In this document: positions 1-12,542 of the stretch, one piece after another
Position numbering within the stretch: position 1 is the first letter of the stretch
Layout of the letters: each line of letters starts with the position of its first letter
Source of the DNA: Ranitomeya imitator
Taxonomy: Eukaryota
Length of the DNA stretch: 64,000 nt
Assembly (NCBI RefSeq): GCF_032444005.1
Contig: NC_091283.1
Span: forward strand, 372,062,001 to 372,126,000
Direction: 5' to 3'
The notes under the pieces: model-generated
Seen by the model: the letters and a program-made list of their open reading frames with translations, nothing else
What the model was told of the DNA's origin: nothing
Databases searched by the model: none
Made by a program: the position numbers and the translations under genes

Positions 1-98
1 GGCCCGGTGAGCAGATAAGACGGGGCCCGATGCGGGCCCCCTCTGCTCACCGGGCCCCATACGCCAGTCACGGCCGTCATGCCCTGATGGCGGCCCTA
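1..98. mobile_element. Terminus of a probable hAT-type MITE inserted in the Gypsy integrase remnant; other end lies outside the window
   Basis: Hairpin ggcccggtgagcaga (1-15) / tctgctcaccgggcc (42-56), then a GC-rich end whose reverse complement reads TAGGGCCGCCATCAGGG. Integrase-like coding sequence starts right after base 98. The TSD cannot be checked. Confidence 0.4.
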
Positions 99-677
99 CC
101 CATGCCTGTGTCTTCCACTGACTCCAGGGTGGCAGACTGTGCTGTGGAGGCACGGGACATTTGGGACCGCACTCAGGATGCCATTCGGGCCTCCAAGGAG
201 AGAATGAGGACCTCCGCCGATGCACATCAGCGCCCCGCTTCGACTTTTGCTCCTGGCGACTTGGTGTGGCTCTCCGCCCGTAACATCAGGCTGCGTGTTG
301 AGTCCACTAAGTTTGCACCTCGCTACTTGGGTCCCTTCAAGGTCCTCGAACAGGTTAATCCTGTGGTCTACCGTCTGGCCCTTCCTCCATGCCTGGGTAT
401 CACCGACACCTTTCATGTGTCCCTCGAAGCCCGTATACATGTCCTGGTTTTCCGAGTCATCTGCCGGGACATCGGGTTCGTCTACAGACGATTACGAGGT
501 GAACGCTATTTTGGGGTGCAAGGTGGTACGTGGCAAAAAATTCTATTTGGTGGATTGGAAGGGTTATGGCCCAGAGGACAGGTCCTGGGAGCCTGCTGAA
601 CACATTCGAGCTCCGCAGCTCATTGCGGCCTTTGAGCGTAGCGAGGTCCAAGTAGGAGGTTCCTGGGGGGGGGGTAA
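99..677 (+). pseudogene. 3' end of Ty3/Gypsy chromovirus pol (integrase C-terminus plus chromodomain), frameshifted
   Basis: ORF 30-599 has GDLVWLS...[26 protein letters not shown]...FHVSL (GPY/F motif). ORF 220-1008 continues in another frame with KPVY...[34 protein letters not shown] (chromodomain). The frame changes near 422-427. G-run PPT at 665-674. Confidence 0.9.
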
Positions 678-1531
678 TGTTAGGTGTCGAGTTCCCGCCT
701 CTGCACAGGGGAAATCTCGAACCATCTCCGCTGCAGTCTCCCATTCTTCTCCAGCTGCAGGGGAGTCTGCTCAGCGGAGACGTCGGTCCCAGCGTCTAGC
801 TCAGGCTAATACTGGACGACTGGTTACTACTGCCCTTCCAGGCTCTGTTCTTGTAGCCAGCAATGTTCAGCAGCGAGCAGGTCTTTCTGGGACTAAGTCC
901 AGATTTTCCCTTTCTGAGCATGCCCACGGGATGACCTCCCATTGGAGGTCGGGGGTCACATGCTTAGATACTCAAGCTAATCCCATTGGTCCTCTAGGAA
1001 GGTCCTAAAGGTGTTCTTCTGTGGCAGACTCCCATTGGTCCTTCTCGGAAGGTCTTGTACTTGCTGCAGCTATAAAAGGTTTGCATGGCCGCACGGCCAT
1101 GCGCTAGGATACAATTGTTATTGTGTGTGTGTTGATGAGTGCAAGTCGTTCCTTAAAAAAAACATCCCTTGTGTATGACTGTTCGCGTAAGGTGTATGGA
1201 TGCAATCTAGCGCCCGGCTGAACTCACAGCTTTAACACACAAAACTCTGACCGCCAGTGCAGCGCCGTGCACTATTAGAGGGCTTACCTTACCCAAGTCT
1301 GGGTGGTTAGTGGCATCTGCTAGTGTGGCACAGCATGTACTTCTGTGCATATTAGTTACCTGTGATACCCCAATTGTGGTGTCGATCGCAAGAGGTCATT
1401 GTACCGCCATATAGTCCGTCATTACTTAGCAGCAGGTTCCATCTCTGCACGGTGGATCCCGGGCTGCGAACGCACCTTATTATATCTATTATATCTATTT
1501 AATTATTTGGTGCGTTCCGCTAGCCCTAACA
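678..1531 (+). mobile_element. 3' LTR (854 bp) of the left-edge Gypsy element
   Basis: Starts TGTTAGG three bases after the poly-G PPT and ends CCTAACA (7-bp terminal inverted repeat). TATAAAA at about 1071. Confidence 0.85.
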
Positions 1532-3658
1532 TAGTGTACATGTAATACAGTGATCACTGGTGACATTGTACACAGGACCGCTGTATATAGTATGCAGTGT
1601 ATGGTGTCAGTGTACAGGTAACACACTGACTCTAGGTCTCTAGGTGAAGTCCTTCATCATTGCTTTTCATCTCCATCCATAGATGGAAGCATAGGAACTG
1701 AAGATTGCTGAGAAGGTCTTCCTGGTTCAACATGCAGTTGACAGGTATCTTCTCAGTGGCAGCTTTCCTGAAGGGAGCACAGCTTATCCTGGTAAAGTGC
1801 CAATTTTGACTCCCATTCGGAACTTGGAAAAAATATAATTTTTATTTTATAGCAAGGTTCTATCTGGCAGTTATCTCATAGTTATGCCTTTGCCTGATGC
1901 TAAAATATGATTGTCATCTCACAAGCTATTAAGCATACAGTTTGCCATTCTAACTAGCATTATTCAAGCCCCTGTTGGTTAATTTTCTGCACTCTGCTGC
2001 AAGGGATAGTAGTCATGGCCAACGTCATCATCTTCTATTTCACACTGACTGTTAGCCTCATCCCTATACAATGCCTGGCACAACTCAACATCCTCTCCAT
2101 TTCCAACTGCTTTCATCCTCCACATCCTAATTCATCTGACATTAACCTTGTGGGTCCCCAATAGTTCAGGTTGGTGAAACATTTGGATGCTTCTTTTTTT
2201 CCTCTATCCTTGTGTTTCTCCAATGTAAAGATAGATGGCATCATTAATACTACAGTTACCCTTATTGACAATTTAGTAGAGTCTTTGAGGAATTCAGTAG
2301 GTGACACACGTTAGCTGCCAATGGAGGATTTCAAAATAACCAAGTTTTATTTTGACTGCTGTATTTTATAACTGTATAACACTCTACACCACTCGTACAG
2401 ACCCTATTTTGTGATATTAGAAATCAGGCGGTGTTCAGGTAGATTGCTGTTTTTGCAAAGCCTGGAGGGTATTCTTCACCACATAAGGACAATATTGATA
2501 TGCCCAGACACTCTACTGTAAATGGCCACCACCTGTTTTAAACAGGTATACTTCTTTAGCTTACACAAAAAAATTCTAGATGTAGTTTTCCCAAATCTAG
2601 TGCAGCCAGAATGTTTTAGGCATTGTTGCGTAAGACAATGCCCAGTTGCAGTTGAAACCACCCTGCTTGAGATTTCTTCATAAATGCAAAGGAGCAACTT
2701 GTGAACTGTAAAACAGCTTGGTAGCACTTGGCTTGGCAGACTGAAGGCAGGTAGTGGATGCAATTAATTTGTGCAATGTTACTGCTTGGGATGTGGTTGT
2801 GTTAATTGAATAGGATGTGAGAAGTGCAAATGTGAGAAGTTGATAACCACCAACAAGTCCTAACGCTCAACGGTGGAGGCTTCACCATACATTCAGATTG
2901 AAACTGTACATCACTGTTGGAAAAAACATTCACCCAGTAGGCTGTGAAAGACATATACATATAGTTGCTGCTCCATGTCGTTAGTGCAGTGTAATTTTGA
3001 TGTCGATTCCAAGTTGACAGAGTGGTTCATATTCTCCTGCATGTGGAAGCACAAAGCCAGCAACCCTTCCTGCAAGATGTAATGGCGAGAGAAAAAGAGG
3101 TTCAGATACCAACTCACCTCCTTGGTCCTAGGCATGCAGTAGCAGGGAAACCGTGTGACCACACATGTGTAAATAGGAAAAAAATGGGAAAATTCCAGCT
3201 TGTAAAATTCTAGTGCTTATTTCAAATAATTAAAAACATATATATGTTGTATATATGACATTTTAGATTGGGTGGAGGTCCCAAATCACAGTGTCATGGC
3301 AGCCAGGTGATGGACACTAATTAGTTATGTCTAATATAGTCTGCACCAGATAGACTGAGATAACTAATTTTAAAACTGAGGTGATTCGATTTCCAATAAA
3401 AGCTATTTTGGGGCATTCTTGTAAGGAGTAATGAAAGATAACCCAAAGTTTTTCAAGAAAACATTTATTAATGATGGGTAAAAAAAAGAAAGAAAAATAC
3501 TTATATCTATGAATGCCAAAAAATCTACCGTATATTCAAAGCTGATAAATAGATGTTATCTGGTTTCTTTTTGCATTTTGTAATAAGCTTTTTATTGATG
3601 ATTGCAAATATTTTACTGCTCCAAATTGCGTTTTCTTTTTCTTGTATGACAAATGATT

Positions 3659-4974
3659 TTACTTGATTATATCAGGTGTATGTTCTGTTGTACTATTTGC
3701 CAATAACACAAATCTGTAGCAAAAAGAGAATGGCTCATCCTCTGTGTGATTTCTCTTATGTCTAATAAGATGTGATTTATCTGTAAAACATATCCCACAT
3801 TTTGAACATGGATATGGATTCTCCCTCGTGTGACTTCTCAGATGTGTAACAAGATGTGATTTCTCGATAAAACATTTCCCACATTCTGAACATAGAAATG
3901 GCTTCTCCCCTGTGTGAATTCGCTGATGTGTAGCAAGATGTGATTTCTGGTTAAAACATTTCCCACATTCTGAACATGAATATGGTCGCTCCCCTGTATG
4001 AATTCTCTGATGTCTAACAAGATGGGATTTTTCGGTAAAACATATACCACATTCTGAGCATGAAAATGGCCTCTCCCCTGTGTGAATCCTCTGATGTGTA
4101 ATAAGGTGTGATTTCTTGGTAAAATATCTGCCACATTCTAAACATGAAAATGGCTTCTCCCCTGTGTGAATTTGCTTATGAGCAATAAGATGTGATTTCT
4201 CTGTAAAGCATTTCCCACATTCTGAACATGAAAACGTTTTCTCCCCTGTGTGAAGTTTCTGATGTCTAACAAGATGTGATTTCTTTGTAAAATTCATTCC
4301 ACATTCTGAGCATGAAAATGGCCTTTCACCTGTGTGAATTCTCTGATGTTTAACAAGATATGATTTTAGGATAAAACATTTCCCACATTCTAAGCATGAA
4401 TATGGTTTCTCCCCTGTGTGAATTTTCTTATGTGTAACAAGATACGATCTATCTGTAAAACATTTCCCACATTCTAAACAAGAAAATGTCTTCTCACCTG
4501 TGTGAGTTCTCTGATGTCTAATAAGATGTGATTTCTTGGCAAAACATGTCCCACATTCCAAACATGAAAATGGTTTCTCCCCTACGTGAGTACTCTGATG
4601 TCTAACAAGATATGATTCTTTATTAAAACATTTCCCACAATCTGAGCATGTAAATGGCTTTGATTCTCTGTGAAGTTTCTCATGTTTAACAAGACTTGAT
4701 TTATCTGTAAAACATTTTCCACATTTTATACATGAAAATGGCTTCTCCACTGTGTGAAAATTTTCTTCTTTCTTTTTATCCTCCTTAACATTCTGTGATA
4801 AGTCATAAGATATGAGCTGTTGATAAGGATCAGATGATAAATCTTCACTGCGAAAAGCAGAGGGTATATCTAGGAGAATGTCATTTTCTTCATATATAAC
4901 CGGTATTATATCTTCATCATCTTCTTTAAAATCTGTAGACATCACATATCCCTCTGAGCGTCTGATATAGTCAC
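3659..4974 (-). CDS. Gene A last exon: acidic spacer plus 12 tandem C2H2 fingers
   Basis: ORF 3659-4945 has 12 CxxC-x12-HxxxH repeats at 28-aa period. Splice acceptor cttacttttaacAG ends at 4975. Confidence 0.97.
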
Positions 4975-7900
4975 CTGTTAAAAGTAAGACTGAGTTTAAC
5001 CTAATGATCTTAGATCTTTCAAAAAATATTACATCATTTTAACTGTAATGTAATTTTGATACTTAAACAAGAATGTAATAAAACATTCTATTGTATTCAG
5101 GGAAATATTGCTTATGTCTGCATAACATTATTGGTCAGTGATTGACAGCTCAGTTGTCCAGTCTGGTGCAGTGGCGTGCTGAGCTGTCTGTGCAGTGACT
5201 GATTGATGATGCAATATTATTACATCATTTGTATATTGCTAGTTGAAGAAAGAACCGTTTTATGTAAAAGGAAAATTTAATAAGGAAAGCCAATGTTGTC
5301 CAGCGTCCAAGAGAAAACAGAGAAGACAGAGAAGACTTGATTCCTAGGTGCCACTTCTGAATTCTGACATTAAAGAAACACTCCCATCAAAGTGTTTATC
5401 CTCTTACTATATTGCAATCATCATTATATAGCATTGTTGTAACGATTCTACCCCTCAGAGTGTCTTAGAACACATTGATTGATAGCTCAGTTGTCCAGTC
5501 TGGTGCAGGGGTGTGCTGAGCTGTCTGTATAGTGATTGACAGCTCAATTGTCCAGTCTGGTGCAGAGGCGTGCTGAGCCGTCTGTGTTTTTGACAGCTCG
5601 GCCGTCCAACCTGAGTCTGGGCGGTGCTGAGCTTTTGCCAGATGCTCCCAGATCCCTTGATTGCACAGCTATTTACCTGAGCTGGCAGTCCCATATAGCT
5701 GTCAGGTGTAGTTTCAGCTCTGTGTTTTGTTTTTCTCTGTGCCTAGTTTATTGATAAATCACTGCCTGACTTTGGACATCATTCTGACCACCCATTTGTC
5801 TAATCCTTTTGCTCCGATCAGCTATTTTCCCTGTATTTTGACCTCGGGCCGTTACCTGACTAGACCTTTTCTCTTCCCTCTCTTTATGATTTACCCTCCT
5901 GGTTTTGACCGCTGACTCCTTGACTATCCCGACTCACGATTTCTCTGTGAGACGTGACTCAGCTTTACAATGCATTTCAAAAACCTGACCTGCACATCCA
6001 AACATAGACTGAGTGTGAACAGGTGCTGAACCCAGAGTCGCCAACTCGTATATAGTTAAGTAAAAAGGGCAGCACACTGTAGCGCCAAAACATGCAAACT
6101 TGAAAACACGAAATTTGAACTGCATTACTGCACTAGAAATATGAAAAATGAGAGCTTTTAGCGCATAAAAATGGCCATATTTATGTGTACCTCGTAGCCA
6201 CTTTACGGCATCTCTCTTATACGAGGTCCTACGCTTGACCTACCTCACCGAGAATAAACGTCTCCATCTGAATGGGTACATGTGAAACCTCTTCTTGGAC
6301 TCAAATTCTCTCTTTCTGTGGAGGGGTATTGGACCTACTATAATTAAAACACCTGTGGCTAGGAGGCGGGGAGTGCACGATCAGAAGGCTAAAGAATACA
6401 TTTCAAAAACCTGACCTGCACATCCAAACATAGACTGAGTGTGAACAGGTGCTGAACCCAGAGTCGCCAACTCGTATATAGTTAAGTAAAAAGGGCAGCA
6501 CACTGTAGCGCCAAAACATGCAAACTTGAAAACACGAAATTTGAACTGCATTACTGCACTAGAAATATGAAAAATGAGAGCTTTTAGCGCATAAAAATGG
6601 CCATATTTATGTGTACCTCGTAGCCACTTTACGGCATCTCTCTTATACGAGGTCCTACGCTTGACCTACCTCACCGAGAATAAACGTCTCCATCTGAATG
6701 GGTACATGTGAAACCTCTTCTTGGACTCAAATTCTCTCTTTCTGTGGAGGGGTATTGGACCTACTATAATTAAAACACCTGTGGCTAGGAGGCGGGGAGT
6801 GCACGATCAGAAGGCTAAAGAATACATTTCAAAAACCTGACCTGCACATCCAAACATAGACTGAGTGTGAACAGGTGCTGAACCCAGAGTCGCCAACTCG
6901 TATATAGTTAAGTAAAAAGGGCAGCACACTGTAGCGCCAAAACATGCAAACTTGAAAACACGAAATTTGAACTGCATTACTGCACTAGAAATATGAAAAA
7001 TGAGAGCTTTTAGCGCATAAAAATGGCCATATTTATGTGTACCTCGTAGCCACTTTACGGCATCTCTCTTATACGAGGTCCTACGCTTGACCTACCTCAC
7101 CGAGAATAAACGTCTCCATCTGAATGGGTACATGTGAAACCTCTTCTTGGACTCAAATTCTCTCTTTCTGTGGAGGGGTATTGGACCTACTATAATTAAA
7201 ACACCTGTGGCTAGGAGGCGGGGAGTGCACGATCAGAAGGCTAAAGAATACATTTCAAAAACCTGACCTGCACATCCAAACATAGACTGAGTGTGAACAG
7301 GTGCTGAACCCAGAGTCGCCAACTCGTATATAGTTAAGTAAAAAGGGCAGCACACTGTAGCGCCAAAACATGCAAACTTGAAAACACGAAATTTGAACTG
7401 CATTACTGCACTAGAAATATGAAAAATGAGAGCTTTTAGCGCATAAAAATGGCCATATTTATGTGTACCTCGTAGCCACTTTACGGCATCTCTCTTATAC
7501 GAGGTCCTACGCTTGACCTACCTCACCGAGAATAAACGTCTCCATCTGAATGGGTACATGTGAAACCTCTTCTTGGACTCAAATTCTCTCTTTCTGTGGA
7601 GGGGTATTGGACCTACTATAATTAAAACACCTGTGGCTAGGAGGCGGGGAGTGCACGATCAGAAGGCTAAAGAATACATTTCAAAAACCTGACCTGCACA
7701 TCCAAACATAGACTGAGTGTGAACAGGTGCTGAACCCAGAGTCGCCAACTCGTATATAGTTAAGTAAAAAGGGCAGCACACTGTAGCGCCAAAACATGCA
7801 AACTTGAAAACACGAAATTTGAACTGCATTACTGCACTAGAAATATGAAAAATGAGAGCTTTTAGCGCATAAAAATGGCCATATTTATGTGTACCTCGTA

Positions 7901-10900
7901 GCCACTTTACGGCATCTCTCTTATACGAGGTCCTACGCTTGACCTACCTCACCGAGAATAAACGTCTCCATCTGAATGGGTACATGTGATGTGGTACAGC
8001 TTTACAATGGTCTTCTTACAATTGCTCATTTGCCTTTCAATCCAGTTACTCTCTTTTCTCTGCTCTATGTAGAAATAGGAAATCTATTGTCCCTGCATGA
8101 CCCATTCCCCTCTTCTACTACTGACCCTGCTTCTCTCCCCCTGCCACAGACTTGTGCAGTGACTCATGACTTGTGCAGAGAAAATTGACCTCCTGTTTCT
8201 ACATAGAGCTTAGAAGGATTCAGCTAGTCAGTTTTTAATCACGTGATAATTGGACTGCATTACTGCACTAAAAATATGAAAAAATGAGAGCGTTTAGCAC
8301 ATAAATTGGCCAATTCATGTGTACCTGGTAGCCACATTAAGGCATCTCTCGTATACCAGGTCCTAAACCTTCCTTTCCTCGCTGAGAATCATCTGAATGG
8401 GAATCTGTAAATCCTCTTACTTCCAAACATAGAATAAGTGTGAACAGGTGCTGAACCTAGAGTCCCCAACTCGTATACTGTCAAATAAATAAGGCAGTGT
8501 GCCGTAAATACCCTCAATGGACAATTAATCGGGCAAAAAAAATCGTAGAAAAAAAGGAACGCAAGGAGTTAATAACAGTAAACAAAAATAGTAACCGTAA
8601 TATGGAGAAAAAAACGTATATATGCTTCCAACATAGTCCTCAATTTATGAAAATTAAAGATATTATTTACAGATACTTACCCATTCTTTATGAGGACCAA
8701 CAGCTATATGATATACTAAATTCGGGTATTAATGTGGTGTCGAGAAGAGCACCAACCATCGGTAATCGAATAGCATCTAATACATTTCGCCCAGAGAAAG
8801 GTCCAAAAACATGGCTTAATTATCCGGGTTTTTTTAGATGCGGCACAAATAATTGTAGTACTTGCAAATATGCTTTGGTAGCTAAAACGTTTCAAAATGC
8901 GGAAGAAACAATGAAATTTAATATCAAGCAATATATTAATTGTAACCATACTAATATAGTATACAAAATTAATTGTAAAGACTGCAATTTATCGTATGTG
9001 GGGTGTACAACGAGGAAACTCAAGACACGCATTCGGGAACACTTACATGATATAAATAATAGGCAGGGCACTAATAGAAATATATCGGCAGCATCCAGAC
9101 ATTTTGTGACCCACCACGCTCGTAGTACTGCTAGCTTTCAGGTCCAGGGAGTAGAACAAGTTAATGTGCCTCTTTGTGGCGGAGACGCCAGAAGACGTCT
9201 CCTGACGCGAGAGGCATATTGGATATTTCATCTTAATACCCGATTCCCAATGGGACTTAATAAACGAAATGAAACTATGTTGCATTACTGCTAGATAGGA
9301 AGTGAATATTTTATTGCATTGCATGTTTGTATAATGATTTTATATTAGGACCTTACGAAGTGTCATGTGACCTACTCAGGTAATCTGATTGGAGGAGCTT
9401 CCTCATATAGGATAGCTCAACTAAATCAGGATATGGCTTTGAAAAAGATCGTTTGATCGAAACGCGTTGCCTTTTAGCCTCTCCAGCGCAGGGGCACCTA
9501 CCGGAGGGAGCTTGGTTGTCCTATTTCTATGGAATTTTATTTTTTTGATACCAATAAATATTACCTTTTAAGGAGCTGGATCTCAACTACTTTTTCTTCA
9601 GAGGATTTGTTCGTTTGTCTGCAACGGAGATCCGTGCACCTGTGATCGTCATTGGTGAGCTGGCTGCTTTTCTTTTTCTATGCTAATACTTTAATGCTTA
9701 TACAAAGTGATTACAAAAATAAATTACCTTCAGATACGGTCAGCTGTTCCACATCAGGATATGAACGGAAAGCTGGAGACTGAACTTGTGCAGTAGTTGG
9801 TGAAAAACCTTTACTTCTCATTTGCTCTTTTTCCTCTGACATCTTGTCTCGCAATTCTCTATCATGGCTGTATGAGTCCACAATTTCTGGAGCCAAAACA
9901 CAGAGCCCAAAAATGTCAGGAACAGAGGATAGTAAATAGAAGATTTACTTGTTCGGTGCTTCCGGAGGAAAGGGATGGTTAAAGATTAGATATTTTACTT
10001 GATATCGAATTTATTAGGACACTTTGCTAAGAACAAACAACGCGTTTCAGCCCGCAACGGCCTTCATCAGGTATAATATGCACTTATAAAAAAATTTAAA
10101 AGAAGAATGTCTTAATAGACTGGAGACTGCTAACGCGTCAACGGGGTGTGTTTTCATCAAATAGGATCAACACCACACCTCAATTAGATTAGTAGTTCAG
10201 AATAATATATTAGTACACAGAAGTATATGGAAATAGAGAATATAAAAAATTAGAGGCACGATCATCCCATCTGAATCCACACAAGTTGGAGATACACATT
10301 TCAATATTGACATTGATAATGATTAGTGATGAGCGAGTATACACGTTGCTCGGGTGGTCTCCTAGTATTTGTTAGTGCTCGGAAATTTAGTTTTCCTTGC
10401 CGCAGCTGCATGATTTACGGCTGCTAGACAGGCGGAATACATGTGAGGAATGCCTGTTTGTTAGGGAATTCCCACATGTGTTCAGACTGTCCAGCAGCTG
10501 TAAATCATGCAGCTGAGGCCACGAAAACTAAATCTCCGAGCACTAACAAATACTCAGAGATCACCCGAGCGTGCTCGGGAAAATCCAAGCAACGAGTATA
10601 CTTGCTCATCACTAATAATGATACTAAAGGAAAGATTTCCAGACTTTTTGCGAGTTTCGAGAAAAACATGAAAAATGAGATTAGACACCAGTTGGATGCT
10701 GACTTCTTAGATATCTGAAGTCAGCAAAACATCAAACTGGCTGGTCTCCGGATTCATTTCAATAGTACCTTTCCAGATAACGTTTTTTCGGATAACTGGT
10801 ATGATATTTTGGATACCTGTTCCTACGAAATAACGAAATTATTAATCATAAAAAAAAAATCTGGCTCACAAATTTGTCCAACTTTGTGAGGCAGATTTAA

Positions 10901-12542
10901 ATGAACTAACACAGTAGAATGAGTGTGCTCTATATAATGCCTTAAATAAATAGAGACACTAATAGAAATTTACAAACCTTTGAGAACAATCTCATTGAAA
11001 TAAAAACCAAAAAAGTGATTAAAGATTTTTTGGAGCTGAAAAACTCAAAGAATAAATTCGATATTGAGTAAAATATCTCATCTTTAACCATCCTTGTCCT
11101 CCGGAAGCGCCGAAAAAAGGAAATCTTCTATTTACTACCACATTCACATGCAGACCTTGCACCAAAGCTGGCATAGTTCCCGCAATCGTGCTGCTGATCA
11201 GAGTATTACAAAGAGCTTATCCACCACACGGATCATTTGAACGAATATACAAGACATCCAAAGGGTGAGTGCAAAAACCATAATCTGTTGCTGCGGATGA
11301 AAACATACACCTACACGTAGACTCTACGCCCTCCCATTTTATCTTCCCCTATATCCTTAGGAACATAGGATAGGAGACTGAACCTGTGTCACTTGTAACT
11401 GAGAAACCATTATTTCTTATTTTTCTCCCTTCACACTCAGTTCTGTGTCATAAATACAGCTTCTTGATTTTTTATGTCAAAACGCGGAGCTACCACTAAC
11501 CTGGGAGGTTATCTGTAGGAATCTTCTCTTTACACCACTCATCAGCCCTCTCTGTAGTATTAATATGGATCAGATCTTCACCCTGAAACACAGATTGTAA
11601 AAGTCACAGACAGATGGAGAAGTCACATCTATGATCCGCTCTAATCCTGCCATCTCCACCGTTCTCATTACACAAGTATATAATACTGGTGGATAAAACA
11701 AGACTGAGCACAAGACCTTCACAGCCGTCTACACATCATAGAGGAGATCTCATGACACCTTCTCTCCACCTACCTGATGATCCTGAGGAACATTGGGATC
11801 TTCTTTACAGTCCTGGTGAAGAAGAGGACGGGGACATCTCTCTGGTGTTGTCCTCTTACTGGATAGAACTAGAAGAAACACATACAGGGACTGAATTTAT
11901 TCTTTACAGACATATAATTATAGGCCATGTGTATTTAGTCCTCTCTATTACCTGGTGATGTGAGGGGCTGGGGAGCCTCCATCATGACGTCCTTGTACAG
12001 ATCTTTATGTCCTTCTAAATACTCCCACTCCTCCACTGAGAAATAGATGGCGACATCCTGACACCTTATAGGAACCTGACAAATACAATTATACCGTCAT
12101 CCCCTGATCCCTTCATAGTGCTACTATATAATGTCCCAACATTCCCAGCAGTGTCACCTCTCCAGTCAGCAGCTCAATCATCTTGTAGGTGAGTTCTAGG
12201 ATCTTCTGGTCATTGATGTCCTCATGTATCAGGGGGTGAGGTGGAGGCCCAGTGATTGGGCTCAGGGGTCTTCTCCATCCCTCAGACACAGGGTCCTGAC
12301 AGCGCTCACTAGAGGTCTTCTTCACTACTGTGTAATCCTGGTTATGGAGAGACATTAATAAATCTCACTACAGACATTTCCAGAGTCCTCACCTCTCCAG
12401 TTCTGTCCATCTGTTTTCCCCATAGATAAGAATGATGTAATGTGACGTCATCAGAATCTCTCACCTCTCCAGTAAGCCAGAAGAGGATCTCTAGGGTGAG
12501 GTGTAATATCCTCTCCGCCATCTTGTCCTTGTCCTTATCCAT
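3659..12542 (-). CDS. FAX/KRAB-like C2H2 zinc-finger protein, gene A (oocyte/gastrula zinc finger XlCOF/XlCGF-like family), 624 aa, 12 fingers
   Basis: Six GT-AG coding exons: 12542-12465, 12337-12158, 12075-11952, 11868-11774, 11582-11501, 4974-3659. They sum to 1875 nt (625 codons) with compatible phases 0,0,1,0,1. Exon peptides: [26 protein letters not shown] / [10 protein letters not shown]...MIELLTGE / [33 protein letters not shown] (KRAB-A-like) / [15 protein letters not shown] / [11 protein letters not shown] / finger array with TGEKP-type linkers. Confidence 0.92.
5438..5935 (+). mobile_element. Degenerate solo-LTR-like repeat in the last intron of gene A
   Basis: Starts TGTAACG and shares blocks (ccaacctgag.ctggg, cattctgacca, ttttgacctcgg, gactatcc) with 14154-14630. 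The ends and TSD are not clean. Confidence 0.35.
5973..7997. repeat. Tandem array of a 426-bp unit (about 4.7 near-identical copies) bounded by a 13-bp direct repeat
   Basis: Unit starts (catttcaaaaacctgacc) at 5973, 6399, 6825, 7251 and 7677. CAGCTTTACAATG flanks it at 5960-5972 and 7998-8010. Confidence 0.93.
8254..8496. repeat. Diverged, internally deleted copy of the 426-bp family
   Basis: actgcattactgcact...gtgtacctggtagccac...tctgaatggg joins directly to ccaaacataga..gtgtgaacaggtgctgaacc, missing about 130 bp of the unit. Confidence 0.8.
8497..9690 (+). mobile_element. 5'-truncated Penelope-like element: GIY-YIG endonuclease end plus 3' terminal repeat
   Basis: ORF 8497-9294 has CGTNNCSTC...[36 protein letters not shown]...SRHF...[22 protein letters not shown] hammerhead-like motif follows at 9435. 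The right boundary is approximate. Confidence 0.88.
9435..9471 (+). ncRNA. Minimal hammerhead-ribozyme-like motif, U3-A8 variant core
   Basis: ggc-t-TTGAAAA-A-gatc-gttt-gatc-GAAACGCGTT-gcc: 3-bp stem I, 4-bp stem II, palindromic stem III AACGCGTT. Confidence 0.6.
10039..10071 (-). ncRNA. Minimal hammerhead-ribozyme-like motif, canonical core with weak stems
   Basis: Minus strand reads cCTGATGA-A-ggccgttgcgggct-GAAACGCGTT. Stem II is imperfect and stem I is poor. Confidence 0.5.
10324..10614. mobile_element. hAT-type MITE (291 bp)
   Basis: TIRs TAGTGATGAGCGAGTATA / TATACTTGCTCATCACTA. Perfect 8-bp TSD ATAATGAT at 10316-10323 and 10615-10622. Confidence 0.92.
10640..11100 (+). pseudogene. Degenerate fragment resembling the N-terminal region of a Penelope-like ORF
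   Basis: Broken frames read [13 protein letters not shown]...[10 protein letters not shown]...[17 protein letters not shown], recalling the N-terminal H-x-D-x-x-F-L...GLR...W-x-x-I-L-x-x-C-S pattern of these ORFs. There are many disablements. Confidence 0.4.
11501..12542 (-). CDS. Gene A N-terminal exon cluster (FAX boxes and KRAB-A-like box)
   Basis: Five small exons with canonical splice sites. The first three have the same sizes (78, 180, 124 nt) as those of gene B. Confidence 0.9.

Noticed and set aside
2000-3200. Possible degraded transposon fragments downstream of gene A
   Set aside because: No termini, TSD or convincing protein motif could be identified by eye.
5973-6398. Hammerhead or twister ribozyme inside the 426-bp unit
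   Set aside because: No CTGANGA or TTGAAAA core paired with GAAA on either strand. The GGTCAAGC resemblance to twister lacks the other elements. Only an Infernal scan could settle it.
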